From Tubulanus polymorphus (Eukaryota; Animalia; Nemertea), in assembly GCF_964204645.1 (NCBI RefSeq), contig NC_134031.1, positions 9,424,001 through 9,488,000 of the forward strand: 64,000 nt of DNA, in the 5' to 3' direction. The first letter of the stretch is position 1, and the number at the start of each line of letters is the position of its first letter. Under the pieces are notes generated by a model. It was not told the DNA's origin, did no database searches, and saw only the letters and a program-made list of their open reading frames with translations. A program made the position numbers and the translations under genes. Of the stretch, positions 14,078 through 26,056 are shown one piece after another.

Positions 14078-14323
14078 AATAACAGTGTATATATCTATAT
14101 CATAGTTATCTGTATGTAAGTTAGAAATTTTCTTTGACAAAAAATGGTGAAACTCAAAATTTTGTTTGGAGGGGGGTGCGTTCCCCTGGGTACAGGCCTG
14201 TATAGACTCAAGTTTTGGCATGACAGTTGTTGATGGGTTGCGCATTTGATTAAAAAAGTATTGATTTTCACTTTTCAAAGGTGATGATAAGTCTTGATTC
14301 TAACCAAGGCCTGACAACTATGA

Positions 14324-15107
14324 ACCCTGGATAGGCATACACGTATGATGATCAGGGCCTATCTTCAGAACCAGGGAGGCACCAGATCGGTTACCCTCAC
14401 CGCCCTTACGGCGGAGATTCTCATCTGGTGTCAGGCCCGAGGAATCCACCTTTCCGTGGTTCACCTGGCGAGCAATAGGAACGTTGTTGCCGATGCCCTC
14501 CTGTCATGATGCGGCCATTTCAACGGAATGGTCGCTTCATCCAGAGGTGGCAGTTCAAGTGGGGTCCCTGGTAGGCGATCCATTGATAGATCTGTTCGCC
14601 ACCAGGTTCAACAAGAGGTTCCCGCTATGTGTCCACATTTCTGGACCAGATGGCGTGGAAGATAGACACGTTCTCGTTCCACTGGGACAGGATGCTAGCG
14701 TATGCGTACCCCCGATTCAAGTCTTATCAGCAGTCCTCGACCAGATAGAGCTGGCATCCTCCTGTCTGATAGTTCTGATTGCGCCTTGCTGGCCAGCTTA
14801 GGCATGGTTCAGTCATCTTCTCAACCTCCTGTACGACAATCCTAGGTGCCTGCCGCAATTTCCATTCCTCCTGCCTCAAAGGTTCCGGAGGCACCAGCCT
14901 CTACATATGCTCAATCTCCACGCCTTGCCGTTGTCGAACGACGCCTGGAGAGCGCAGGGTTTTCAGTCAGGGCTTCCTCCTTTATCTCTAAATCCAAGCG
15001 CCCTAGCACAGGCAGGATATATGACTCCAAGTGGAAGCTCTATGGTGGTTGGTGTAGTCAACAGGGGATTTATCCAAGCGCTCCCCCCTTTAGCGGTTCT
15101 TGCCAAT
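14324..15107 (+). mobile_element. DIRS1-like retrotransposon fragment, part 1 (RNase H, methyltransferase-like domain, tyrosine recombinase N-terminus), frameshifted
   Basis: AYLQNQGGTRS...VHLASNRNVVADAL (DIRS RNase H); EWSLHP...DLFATRFNKR...YAYPP...LIAPCWP (MT-like); AGFS...RPSTGRIYDSKWKLYGGWC (YR N-term); GC-rich island. Confidence 0.88.
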
Positions 15108-17179
15108 TTTTGGCTGGCGTTAGCGAGCCTATGTCACCAGTCTGTTCGATCGATAATCATTCGTATACTTAATACAATACGCTCAAATTTATTTTTAGCA
15201 CACTCAAACGCAATTTCAGTAGCCACTAATTTCACTACTAATGGGCGAATTGAACGGATTAAGCAAAAATATATTTCATAATTTGCTTTTCATTATGGTA
15301 CGCATAGTTGAAAGCCGTGGGTTTCATATTTTTTGAGAAATTAACCAAAAAGTGTCAAAAATTCATTTATCTGTGCACATTTTTTTATGCAGCATCTTTA
15401 ATTGTCTAAATTACACATGTGAAAATTCAATGCTATTTGCGTCGGAAGAACTTTATATCGCCAAGATCCGACGCTTTGTTCGGTAGTTATGGGCGTTCAA
15501 AGACGAAACCCCCTAAATCTCGGTTATATATTTGTGTTGACCCGGTTTGAACTCCATCATGACGTAATAGCATTCCTTGAATATGTAAATGACGTGGATC
15601 AGCAGGTGCTCAACAAAATGGTGGCACAATTGTAGAGGTTCATATTCATCATTATTCATCATAGCGCGAATACTGATACTCAAGGCGTATGATGTAATGA
15701 TTTATTGTGTGCAATGTGTTCAATGATTCATCTAGTTTTGAAATCCTGTGCACAAGGTAACGTTGCATCAAGATATCTGACAATATTCTGGTTTCAAATT
15801 GCGGAAACTTACTTCCGTGTTTGCCACACGGCTGAATAACTGATGATACTGATCAGCTGATAGCATCGAATTTTCATGGGCTTGCATGCTTGCAAGCCCA
15901 TATTGCTATCACACAGATTGATAACTTGCTTGGGGAGTCGATAACTTTCGTTAGAAACTTTCTTGGGCTCTGATATTTACATACATTTAATGCAGTAATA
16001 AAAATTAGGTTCCTTTCTTATATTGGCTGTATCGGTTGTCGTGTTCATTGTTTTATGATTTTCATGCGCGGCATAGTGCTGCCGACAATTCAATTCGTTC
16101 TTTACACAATTAAAATTTCACAATAAAACATTTAGTTTCATGTTTTTGAAAAATTCTTTCAATTTTCTTTACTTTCATTGGGTGCGTGCAATAGCAGCCT
16201 TTTGAAAAATCTCTGTATGAACATTTATATTAATCAGTTTACATATCTTAAACTTAAAACTGCTTTATTTCGTTAGTAACCGGCACTGGCCTCAAATTTG
16301 CATAGACTTGGGAGCTTCTGTCCTAATTCGGCCATATGATAATGAAAAACCTCAGATAAAACCCAGGCTCTCACATTGCTGGGTCACTCATAGTTTTAGT
16401 TGTGTTATATGTCATTCTATGAATGTATTAAAATTATGAATATTAATTTGAGACGAAAATTCCCAAAATCCATTTTTAGGATCAACTGTGTTGATCCTTA
16501 TAGAATGGTCCTGAGAGTAACTTTCTGTTAGCTCTTGGTGGCACAAATTGTAACCGCTGGATATACACAGCTGATATTTTGTCAATAGGTGGCAAATAGA
16601 TGGTGGAATTGATATGGCCGGTTTCGTCCATAAGCTCTAAGCCGTTTGGAAGTACTGGGAGAAAATATGCAAAATTTCAAAAAAAATTTTCCCATTCTAC
16701 TAATTGATGCTTGACCTAGTTTCATGACATCACAGGGAAAGCCCTTTAGAAGGGCATCACTTGGAAATCCTTCTAGAAGGGCTTTCCCAGTGACAACATT
16801 ATAGAGAACTGTTCTACCACATACTTGTGACTCATAGGGAAAACCCATTACCATGTATATCAACTAAGTTGAACATGCTTACTACACTGCACCATGATGA
16901 TTTCATCTTTATCAGCTGTTTATATGTAATTGCAAATCCAAGAACAAATCGATTTTTGTGCTCAAAACTAAAACTACTCAGTTGATCCTACTGGACCCAT
17001 GGTCCTTTAATCAAAGATTTCATCACTGTTATCACTGACCAAAATTAAGTCCTTTTTGATACACGTATATTTTTTCTTTTTAAATTTTGAATGAAATGAA
17101 TTTTTTGCATGTTCGTAGCCTATACAATTTTTTTATTTCACACTAGTTTGGCGAGCCACTGTCCCATTGTTCCTTTATT
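15108..17179 (+). mobile_element. HINE family C inserted in the DIRS element (itself contains a family-B fragment at ~15870-16270)
   Basis: 5' TTTTGGCTGGCGTTAGCGAGCC; 3' GGCGAGCCA + decayed hairpin + TTTATT; inserted in a T run; second copy at 26057-28650. Confidence 0.8.
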
Positions 17180-17560
17180 TCCTCATTCTTTTTGAGGTCA
17201 AGAGGCAGCAGGTGGTAACCATTAAGGTTTACCGGTCCGCTATCGGCCATACTTTCGGGGCGGCTTGTATTCAGGACTTGACTATTGATCACCATATTTC
17301 CCAGCTCATTGCTGGATTTACAGTGGCTCGGCCAAAAGTGCCTCGAGAAATCCCTTCATTGGACTTAGGGGTGGTCCTTAGGTTTCTCATGGCTCGTCCG
17401 TATGAACCTCCGCGAATCGAGTCTTTCTAAACTCACTAAGAAAACAGTGTTTCTTTTTCTGGCTATGTCAGCCAGGAGGTCCGAAATTCATGCATTAATG
17501 ACTCGACCTGGTGGTATCGCTTTCGGCCCTGGTCATCGTTTTGTTGTTCTCGGCCCTTAC
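17180..17560 (+). mobile_element. DIRS1-like fragment, part 2 (tyrosine recombinase core)
   Basis: TIKVYRSAI...PSLDLGVVLRFL...PYEP...LTKKTVFLFLAMSARRSEIHAL; rejoins part 1 in frame as LANF|LILFEVK. Confidence 0.88.
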
Positions 17561-17877
17561 CTTTTACTTTTTGAACACGCTTTATATTAGCCCTTCGCCT
17601 ACACACATTTTTTGGGAGCCTTACCCACCGCCTTGTGCTTGGCTTATCCTTCTAATATGTGCCCCACGAAATGTCTGAAAGAAATATCATAATTTTCCAG
17701 AGTAAAATTTGTATTTCTGAGGTATAATTAAATGGGTCACAGGAGTTTCCCACCCGCCTTCCCCGCTCGGCCCTTTGCGCTGAGTTTCGGAAGAAATTGA
17801 GTCACGTGGCTCAAACGGTACTGGGTATTCCAAAAATGTTTAGCAGTATAGTTACCAAGCTAAGCTAAGCTTTAATA

Positions 17878-18117
17878 TTGCTAGTACTCCGCACCACGGT
17901 GTATTGATGTAATTAGTGATTAGTTTTTATCTTTATTGAAAGATGACAGCACCTGTCAAATGTAGCGAAATATTAGTAACTAACGATACACTGTGCCGCG
18001 GTGTATACGCACTTTAGTGGTATTCCCGTTATTCAACACACTAGAGTGGAATGTTTCAAAATTTTCAAATCATCTCCAGCACTAAATTAGGGTATTGATT
18101 ACTCAGCACTGAAAGGG
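17878..18117. mobile_element. Truncated inverted copy of the piggyBac MITE
   Basis: Reverse complement of ~11064-11305; ends GCACTGAAAGGG|TTAA. Confidence 0.85.
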
Positions 18118-18905
18118 TTAAATGTTATGTCCAATGTGTGCGAGGTGATTTATATCTTAATGAAGTTAATGCATTAAATTCTCCTAACTTCCAAACTATA
18201 GGATATGGGGCGTTCAAATCTTACAAGGCAGTAGTTTATTGACATAGCCATGGAATGGTGCTGAAAAATTTAACCTCCCATCTGTGAAGGAGGGGTCCAT
18301 TGCAAAAAGACCCTAGAATGTTAGAATACTCACAATTTTGTGTTACAGAGTGGATATTCATAGATTAAGACACTGTATCCAGTTCCACCCTTGTGAGTTA
18401 AATTTGAGTCAGAGTCAACTCATTGAAAACGAACTAACTTGAACTCAGAGTTAACTCTAACTCACAACTATGGAATTGGGCCCTGTAGATTACTATCCAT
18501 CATTTCAGCTTTTATTATTATTCTTTATTCAGACTAGATATTTTAATCTTCGTCAAAAGCCCAAATTATCAAACTCATGGGGCGCTTTTTGTGGTCAAAA
18601 TTCTTCAAAATATCAGGGAGTGAAATTATTTCCACATCAGGATTCTCGAGTAATATATATTGGCAGTTTTCATGCGTTAAGAACTACGGCTCAATGAGCA
18701 GTGCATGAGACAGAAAAAACTTTTAATGCGGGATAGGTCACATTGTCGACTGCAGTCTCCAACAGCAGTTTGCAGTTTGAGTCGCCTATGGCAAGTTAAA
18801 GGGTCAATGTGTTAATGTATTCCTACATTCACATATTTATTTTTCTGCATTCACATGTTTATCATTGCTACACTCACATTTTCATTTCTACATGTATTTT
18901 ATTAG

Positions 18906-19019
18906 GGTTTGAATCGTACTGCATTGTATTGTGATATTCTACAAGCTTGTCTATATGGGCTGATAGATGCAGGTGGGGGACAGGAAGAGCTCAAATGGGT
19001 GGCATTTACATTCTTAAAG
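18906..19019 (+). CDS. MED24: MED24 internal exon
   Basis: ttag|GGT...AAG|gtatgg; GLNRTALYCDILQACLYGLIDAGGGQEELKWVAFTFLK matches MED24 ACFVGLIESPEGTEELKWTAFTFLK. Confidence 0.97.
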
Positions 19020-19251
19020 GTATGGTACAATTCTAATTTGAATTAGATAGCCTTTTTCAATGAAAGCACTCAAATTGATCAATTCTTGATTTGTAGAAAG
19101 GGAAATACCATATCCCACTTTTAATTAATAGTTTCCCTCAAAAACAAGTATTTTCAATAGCATTCAGTGAGAAATGATTTACATAATTTCCGTGCACTCA
19201 TGTTAATATGACATATGAGTTAGTTCATACACATTTTCTAATTATGTTTAG

Positions 19252-19376
19252 ATTCCTCAGATTATTTCAAAGATGCAAGTTAATTATACATCCAGTAGTG
19301 AAAATGACGTGGAGCAGTCACTTGATATGTTACTTAGATATACTCCATTGCTAGATTTAGCAGATGTTGTGTGCAA
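19252..19376 (+). CDS. MED24: MED24 internal exon
   Basis: tttag|ATT...AA|gtatgc; IPQIISKMQ...LLRYTPLLDLADVVC matches IPQVLVKLK...LLKLTPLLDKADQRC. Confidence 0.95.
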
Positions 19377-19493
19377 GTATGCATTATTCTCTCCTTGTCG
19401 ATCCACCTGAAAATAATACATCACATTACGTACACATACGTACACATATATATTATATACAAATATCAAAATGTAGATACATGTCATTTGTAG

Positions 19494-19583
19494 CTGTGAT
19501 TGTCTTCAGTTCCTGTTGCAAGAGTTGTGCAATAAGCAGAATTTAATTGGTGAGGCAACAATGGAGCGGCTTGGTTCTAAGAG
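19494..19583 (+). CDS. MED24: MED24 internal exon
   Basis: tgtag|C...AG|gtaata; CDCLQFLLQELCNKQNLIGEATMERLGSKR matches CDCTNFLLQECGKQGLLSEASVNNLMAKR. Confidence 0.95.
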
Positions 19584-19607
19584 GTAATATCAAGTGTAGA
19601 GAAATTA

Positions 19608-20051
19608 TCCCCATCGCATTGAAAAGGATTGGCTAGCTTATTCATTATGCTTTTGGGTCCTGACGAAGAAAATCCTTGTCAGCTGATTTATTTCTGGGTT
19701 TGTATCACTTTTTCGGGGTTTAAGTTACCTTAATTTTTGGGGGTAGCTGAAGTAATCTTGCACCCAAAAAATTTGGTCAGTTCTGATTTTTTTCTGTAAT
19801 GTACACTAGAGCTGTATTTTCAAAATAATTCTGGTCTTATAGCTTATGGAGTAAGGTTAACCCAATGGGTAATTTTAAGGGGCACCTGTAAAGGCCGTGC
19901 CCGTGAAATTTTTCGGTCAGTTTTGGTGTTTTAACATTCTTTAAGTTTCGGGCTACAGGTGACAGAAATAAACCAGCTGACAAGGATTTTCTCCATCGAG
20001 ACCCAACAGCATACTGAATAAGCTAGCCAAACCTTTTGGATGCGATGGAGG
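19608..20051. mobile_element. MITE with long (~85 bp) imperfect TIRs and TA flanks (Tc1/mariner-type)
   Basis: Left CCCCATCGCA...GGCTAGCTTATTCA...AAAATCCTTGTCAGCTG; right CAGCTGACAAGGATTTT...TGAATAAGCTAGCC...TGCGATGGAGG; TA each side. Confidence 0.8.
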
Positions 20052-20144
20052 TAATTAATCCATCGCTAGCTCTCTAACATGAATAATCATTCATTACCTT
20101 CATAGTCAATGGTTCTCTCTGAACATAATGTGATTTTTATTCAG

Positions 20145-20247
20145 AACTTCTGAAAGCCGGAAGCCGAAGTTATCAGAATCTAGTGTTGCCCAACCGAGTC
20201 CTGGTTTGATATTGCGAGCTGAACCTACTGTTATGAGTATCCTGAAG
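20145..20247 (+). CDS. MED24: MED24 internal exon
   Basis: ttcag|A...AAG|gtatac; QPSPGLILRAEPTVMSILK matches QPNIQLILRAEPTVTNILK. Confidence 0.97.
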
Positions 20248-21682
20248 GTATACCTTTTAAGAACATACCTGTTGATTTTGTCCTCGTAATATAATTATTG
20301 TTGTCCATAATATTTTTTATTGATTTTTTTGTGACTGCTAAATTTTTCTAGCATCCAAGTTTAGATTTAGATACTGACTGTACAAAGAAATCCTTTTATC
20401 ATGATTGTTACTTTATAGTTGAATTTATTGTTGTCTCTTACAGATGGTATGTCATTTAGTAACTAGTGTTGTGCTTCTTCGCTACTATTTTTGGTTTGAT
20501 TATCTGTGTGATATGTTGTTGTTTGTTGAATAATTGCTCTAACCTTTAAATTAATTGTAAGCCCACTTTGGACTTAATTTCCAGTGGGCTTTTGCATTCA
20601 CTTTTTGTCAGTCGTCCTTCTGTCCATCTGTAGACAGGATATGGTTGTTTTGTGAAGTTTTGAAGACACTTAAGTGGAGTGTTTCGATATTTGATTTGTA
20701 AATGTAGCTATGCTAGACACATCAGCCGCAAAACTTGCCCAGTCAGAATGAAGATGACCGAGGTGGTCAAATCTGCACTTTTTACACACTTGAAGTTGTG
20801 TATACTTTGGCAGACCTGCCAACTATTACAATTTACGTAATCATTACGGGTTGACAGTAGAAATTAGAGTGTTAGAAATGAGATTTTAGTTTGTTTACAT
20901 TATGTTTTATGAAATATTCTAGCCTTGTTTCAATAATCATTAAAAATAGACAAACAAAACTGACATTTTCTGACGCTAACTAGTATGACCGCCGCGGCAC
21001 GGCCTTATGTACCGGACCAATTCAATTCAATTGAAAAAACGCGTACCGTTACAATAAATGAATAAACCTTGTTGAATTTTCGTAGTTTTGATATCCGCGA
21101 TCAAAAAAAATATTATTATTAAGTACATTTTTATCTTGTGAATGGTCGAACCCAAGTTATTCACAGTAATCTGTGATTTGGATATTCTCAGCGCCTTCCT
21201 TCTTTATTTATTTATGAAATGACGTCACAAACTTTCAGATTTGCACCAATACGCCCCAAGATTGATGATTGCTATTTCCAACAGTTTTATCTGAAAGTAA
21301 TTTTAAGTCTAAAATAGGATGCACAGTATATCCATAGAATCTACACGGAGAAAGAGACTATTATATTACTATCAGAGTTTAACATTTCATTTAAAAGCTG
21401 TCAGTAGTCGAATCTGATAGATGATTTTTATGTGATGAAACTCAGTGGAAGATATGTTAAAATAATAATCAGCGGGAATACAATAGGGTTTCTGCGAAGG
21501 CAGCAGAAACCCCAATTAATGGTTTGCCAATAATGTATAAATTTGTGGTGGGTATTCTTTGGGAAGGGATCTTTAACAGATCAGGTTATTTGATTAGTCA
21601 CTTTATGGTCTGATATGGTTTTTATCAGCTGGTCTGATAGCTTGTGATAAGGTAAACTGTACAGAGGATCATGAATTAATTA

Positions 21683-21803
21683 CAGGGATGAGAATTCCTC
21701 GCGTATCCAGTGTTGATTGTTGATAGTGCGACCGAGTGTTGATTCACGTGTGCAATTCAACAACAAAAACCGCGGATTTTATAGGTCGGTGTTCTCATCT
21801 CTG
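21683..21803. mobile_element. 121-bp MITE with CAG(G/A)GATGAGAA TIR and 6-bp TSD TAATTA
   Basis: 12-bp TIR at both ends; TAATTA at 21677-21682 and 21804-21809. Confidence 0.85.
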
Positions 21804-21821
21804 TAATTAACCAACTATGTA

Positions 21822-24800
21822 GCCAGATCATAAAAGCCTGGACAGATGCCAGTAAAAATACAATACCAAAAACTTCGAATAGTGGACGTAAAAGATGTAA
21901 AAATACTTACTCGGGCTGGGATGAAAACGTTAGATACATTCGCAATAAGGCATTCTGGCATAATCTATGGAAAAGCAATGGGAGACCTAAAGAAGGTTTA
22001 ATTCTCGATATTCGGACACATACCTGAAAAGAATATCATAAGACCGTAAAACACAAAAAAAAACTCCAATAGAAACAATAGATCTAGGAAGAAAGCCACT
22101 AAATATTTGGATGGATATATGAAAGCTGTGGGTACTGGAGTGTGTAATGGGTAGTGTAGTGTGATCTGTGTGCATTTGTGGCCAGCACACAGATCACATT
22201 GTTCATTGGGGTTTGGTCGAGGACTCGCAAGATTTTCAACAACACGGTAGTAACGTGTAATAAATGATGACTTGAATTGCATGACTACCTACCACCCCTC
22301 ATTATTGTTGGAAAACTAAACGTTCGGCACTGACTAAAAATTAGTAATAATAATTAATAACATTTTAGAAATGGCCAGAATTTTAACTTAGGTTCTATCT
22401 CATTTTTATTTTACAATTGCGATTGGTATAATTTTTTTTAAAACAGCCGTTAAGGCTTCATGTTTCGTTTGCAATTCACTGCAAATAGTTACGCAACTAC
22501 GCACATTTCAGTGTTTTTGGCAGCTATACACTCAATCGGCACCGTTCGTGACTAGCTTCACTGCGGAATTATCATTAATTAACATCGCCATATCACATCA
22601 TCAACTTATATTGTGCCTTAAAACCCTAACAGCCGAAATAATTGAAATGCACACACGATTTCTATCATTGAAAATTGAGAGAGTGGCCGTGTTTGTGTTC
22701 TGCTGCTTCACGTAAATCCCGCGGGGTGGCGCCACCGCCCAGAGTGGGGCCGATACGTCAAGACAGTTAGCCGTTACATTATCTGGAGGAAACTCCAAAT
22801 TATTTTGGGAACAGGTACGACGCATCCGTGGAACGGATAAATCTATACCAACTAGCATAGACGGAATGAAGTCTTCTGTAAATATTGCTAAATTATTTGC
22901 CTCTAAATATGAGGAACTATACAACTCAGTGGGGTTCAATAAGGATGAAATGACAGAACTATTAAATAAATTAAATGGTTCAACGATAGATCACAAACTC
23001 TTTTTCTCCGACGACCTGATCAAAGACAGTATTTTGAAATTAAACAAGGGAAAAAATGATGGATATCTTGGTTAGTATACTGATACTTAACGGGACGGAT
23101 AAACTTTTTCAACACATTAAGTCATTATTCAATATTATGATTAAATACGCACATTGGTCCCGACAGTTTTTTGGTGACAACAATTATATCAATACCTAAA
23201 AATGAACGTAAATCACTTTCAGATTCTACTAATTATCGAGGCATCGCCCTCAGTAGTGTCTTAGGAAAAATTTTTGACAATGCTTTGATTAAGATCAATT
23301 CAACATTTCTATCTTCTAACGAGTTCCAATTCGGATTTAAAACCAACCATTCCACAGCTGACTGTCATTTTGTCCTTAATGACTACACGCTTCACGCGCA
23401 TTTGATCGTATTAATTAGGTTATATTAAACTTTTTTCACCTCTATTTGAGAGGGGAATTGATGTTCAGATTATTAGATTTATTATAAACATGTATACTAA
23501 TCAAAAGGTCAGAGCTCAGTGGAATGGAACATTTTTTCAATGCTTCCAACGGACTCAAACAAGGAGAGAATTTCTCCCCGATTTTATTCAATGTATATAT
23601 AGATGAACTACTCAAGAGATTAGAAGCATCGTCTTATGGGAGCTACGTCGGACAGAAATATGTTGGGTCACTTTCCTTTGCTTATGATCTAGCTTTAATT
23701 ACCCCGGGTATATTTGGACTAAGGAAAATGTATATAATATGTAAAGAATTCGGTATTGAATATGATATTATGTTTAATTGTGATAAAAGTCTTTATATGT
23801 TTTTCCGGTCATCGAATACAGAAGACGTACCCAATTTTTCATGTGATAATGACAATCTTAAAATTCAAAAAGACAGTAAACACAAAGGATATAGTATCTC
23901 TGCAGATAGATGCCAAACAATAAAAACAATTGAAGATTTAATTCGAGATTTTAACACCCGTTTCAACACTATGTATTCTGTATTTGGTGACCTAGACCCG
24001 TATATCAAACGTATAAACAGCAGAATACTCTATAAAATCCTCCTTCACCAAGCTCCAAAATCAAATCAATTTAATTCGAAGTGGATTATAAACGTTGAGA
24101 ATATTTTTAAGCAGTGCGGACTTGGATATGTGTGGCTTGGCCAGCAACCAGTCAATACAGAAGTGACGAAGTCAAGAGTCCACACCTTATTGTGTGACCA
24201 GTATAAACAAACATGGAATAGTGCAATGGATCATGATGAATGGCTTTTAAATTATAAACTGATTAAGCGTGATCTTAGTCTTAAAGAGTACCTAACAATC
24301 GTACCGTATAATCGTAACGGACAAGAATTACTGTCGGAAAGATATTGGAAACGCCCCAATGTACTCAAATACAGTGAACTTTTGAATACCACAGAGATGA
24401 GAATTCCCCGCGGATCCGCGGTTTCCCGCGGATTTCAGTATTGAAAAATATCAATTTTCCAAATAGTCCAAAAATGATGTAAAAGTATGGGGGGGGGGGG
24501 GGTGATGATCTCACTCAATTGGTCCGGCGCGATCGGTAATCAGGTGAACCGTGAAAGCGTTCAGTGCCTGTTTTACTTATCGTCACGTAAAAGTATCGCA
24601 TTTCAATGCATATTCATTGCAACACACTGATTTTGTATGTACATTTGTACTACGATGAGTTTGTATGTATTTTATCGATCGGTTGCAGACACGCACGCAC
24701 AGCAACAGTAGTAACGTATATAGGTCTACTTACTGTTGCTGCGTGTGTGTGGCGAACGCTTTCGGATATTATACACTACTTGGTGATGATTTTTAGTGAG

Positions 24801-25330
24801 CATTCATCGGCGCATTTTTACTGCAATAATTCAGGGCTCGACCCGTAATGCATGAGATGCTGAATGTCATCAAATGAGGATGTACCACATTGGAACTAGC
24901 CATTACCTTCCAAAATATAATAGTCGTTCATGGGTTCGAGATCGCTCTAAGTGCTCGGAAAACGTATTTAATTTCTAAAATTTTCTTGGGGGAGGACCCC
25001 AAACCCCCCCGAAATAGCTTCGCGCCTTCGGCGCTCGCTAGTGCTGACGGCTACGCCGTCAGCTGGTTCGCGTATGTCACTCAAGAAAAATAACCCGCGG
25101 ATTTTACAGGTCGGCGTTCTCATCCCTGATACCAGCAGCTTGACTACCCTGAAAAGACTAGCTACTTTTCTCTCAAAATGTGATATATAATTAAAGATTT
25201 AATCTCGTCGGCACATTGAACAGTGATAATTTATAAACATTAATTAAGAATTATTATTACTATTGTAATTACCTCCTTATACTATTGTTTTTAGTCATGG
25301 AGACGAATAAAGTTATCTTATCCTATCTCA
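21822..25330 (+). mobile_element. Decayed non-LTR retrotransposon (LINE ORF2/RT), interrupted at ~21995-22750 and 24392-25128
   Basis: GWDENV...AFWHNLWKSNGRP; IPKNERKSLSDSTNYRGIALSS; QFGFK; NGLKQGENFSPILFNVYIDEL; FAYDL in place of YADD; 3' AATAAA then (TTATC)n tail near 25307-25330; stops and frameshifts. Confidence 0.9.
24392..25128. mobile_element. 737-bp MITE with CAG(A/G)GATGAGAA TIR and 6-bp TSD ATACCA
   Basis: Same termini as 21683-21803; ATACCA at 24386-24391 and 25129-25134. Confidence 0.88.
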
Positions 25331-26056
25331 ATGCTATAGCGCAATGCTCTCTAATCACATTTTTGCGCATTTTAAGAATAATGACAACGCGCAACAAATA
25401 TTCTAAGATAAATGTTAGATATTTTGTCTAATTTGTGAGGTGTTTCCGCGTCAAAGGTTTTTGATTTGAATTCTCGATTTTCGTATTAAGTGCAGAGCTA
25501 TGATTAATGGCCGCTGCGTCACGATTTTGGAACCCATTTTCGATCTTAGTCACATTTTGCGTTCACTTCAGACAGAATTATCATTTGAATCAGAAACAAT
25601 GATATACAGAGGTAAGATCAGATTCTAAGCTTTCCAAAACGCCTTCGTTCGTAAAAATCGGTTCTGAATTACTGGTCGAAAGCACCGATTTTTATTTCGG
25701 ATTAATCGCATGATTTAACTATGTTAAAAAAATCGATGCACTAAAATCTTTCTCAAACCACTCAGTCTAACGCAGAAATTTGTTATCTTTAAGAATAATC
25801 TTACTAACTTGGAGTGGATTGGTTTATGAATAACCAAGTTATGAACTGTTGAAGTGACATACCTATTGACCGATCTGAGTTGGCTCCCTTGTCTTTTTAT
25901 ATATAGTACCTAGGATACTGGGGTCAAAATCCTTTTGTGTCAAGTCCCTGTTATTTTGATCGATGAAATTTTTATTTTTGTTTTCATGAAAATTACCAGT
26001 TGAAAGGTTTGTTCCTTGTTCAAAAGAATTCAAGGTTTGTAGGTCTGCATGACATG

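Noticed and set aside
21995-22750. Protein-coding interpretation of the insert splitting the LINE (ORFs of 67-112 aa)
   Set aside because: No recognisable domain, termini or TSD; left as an unclassified insertion.
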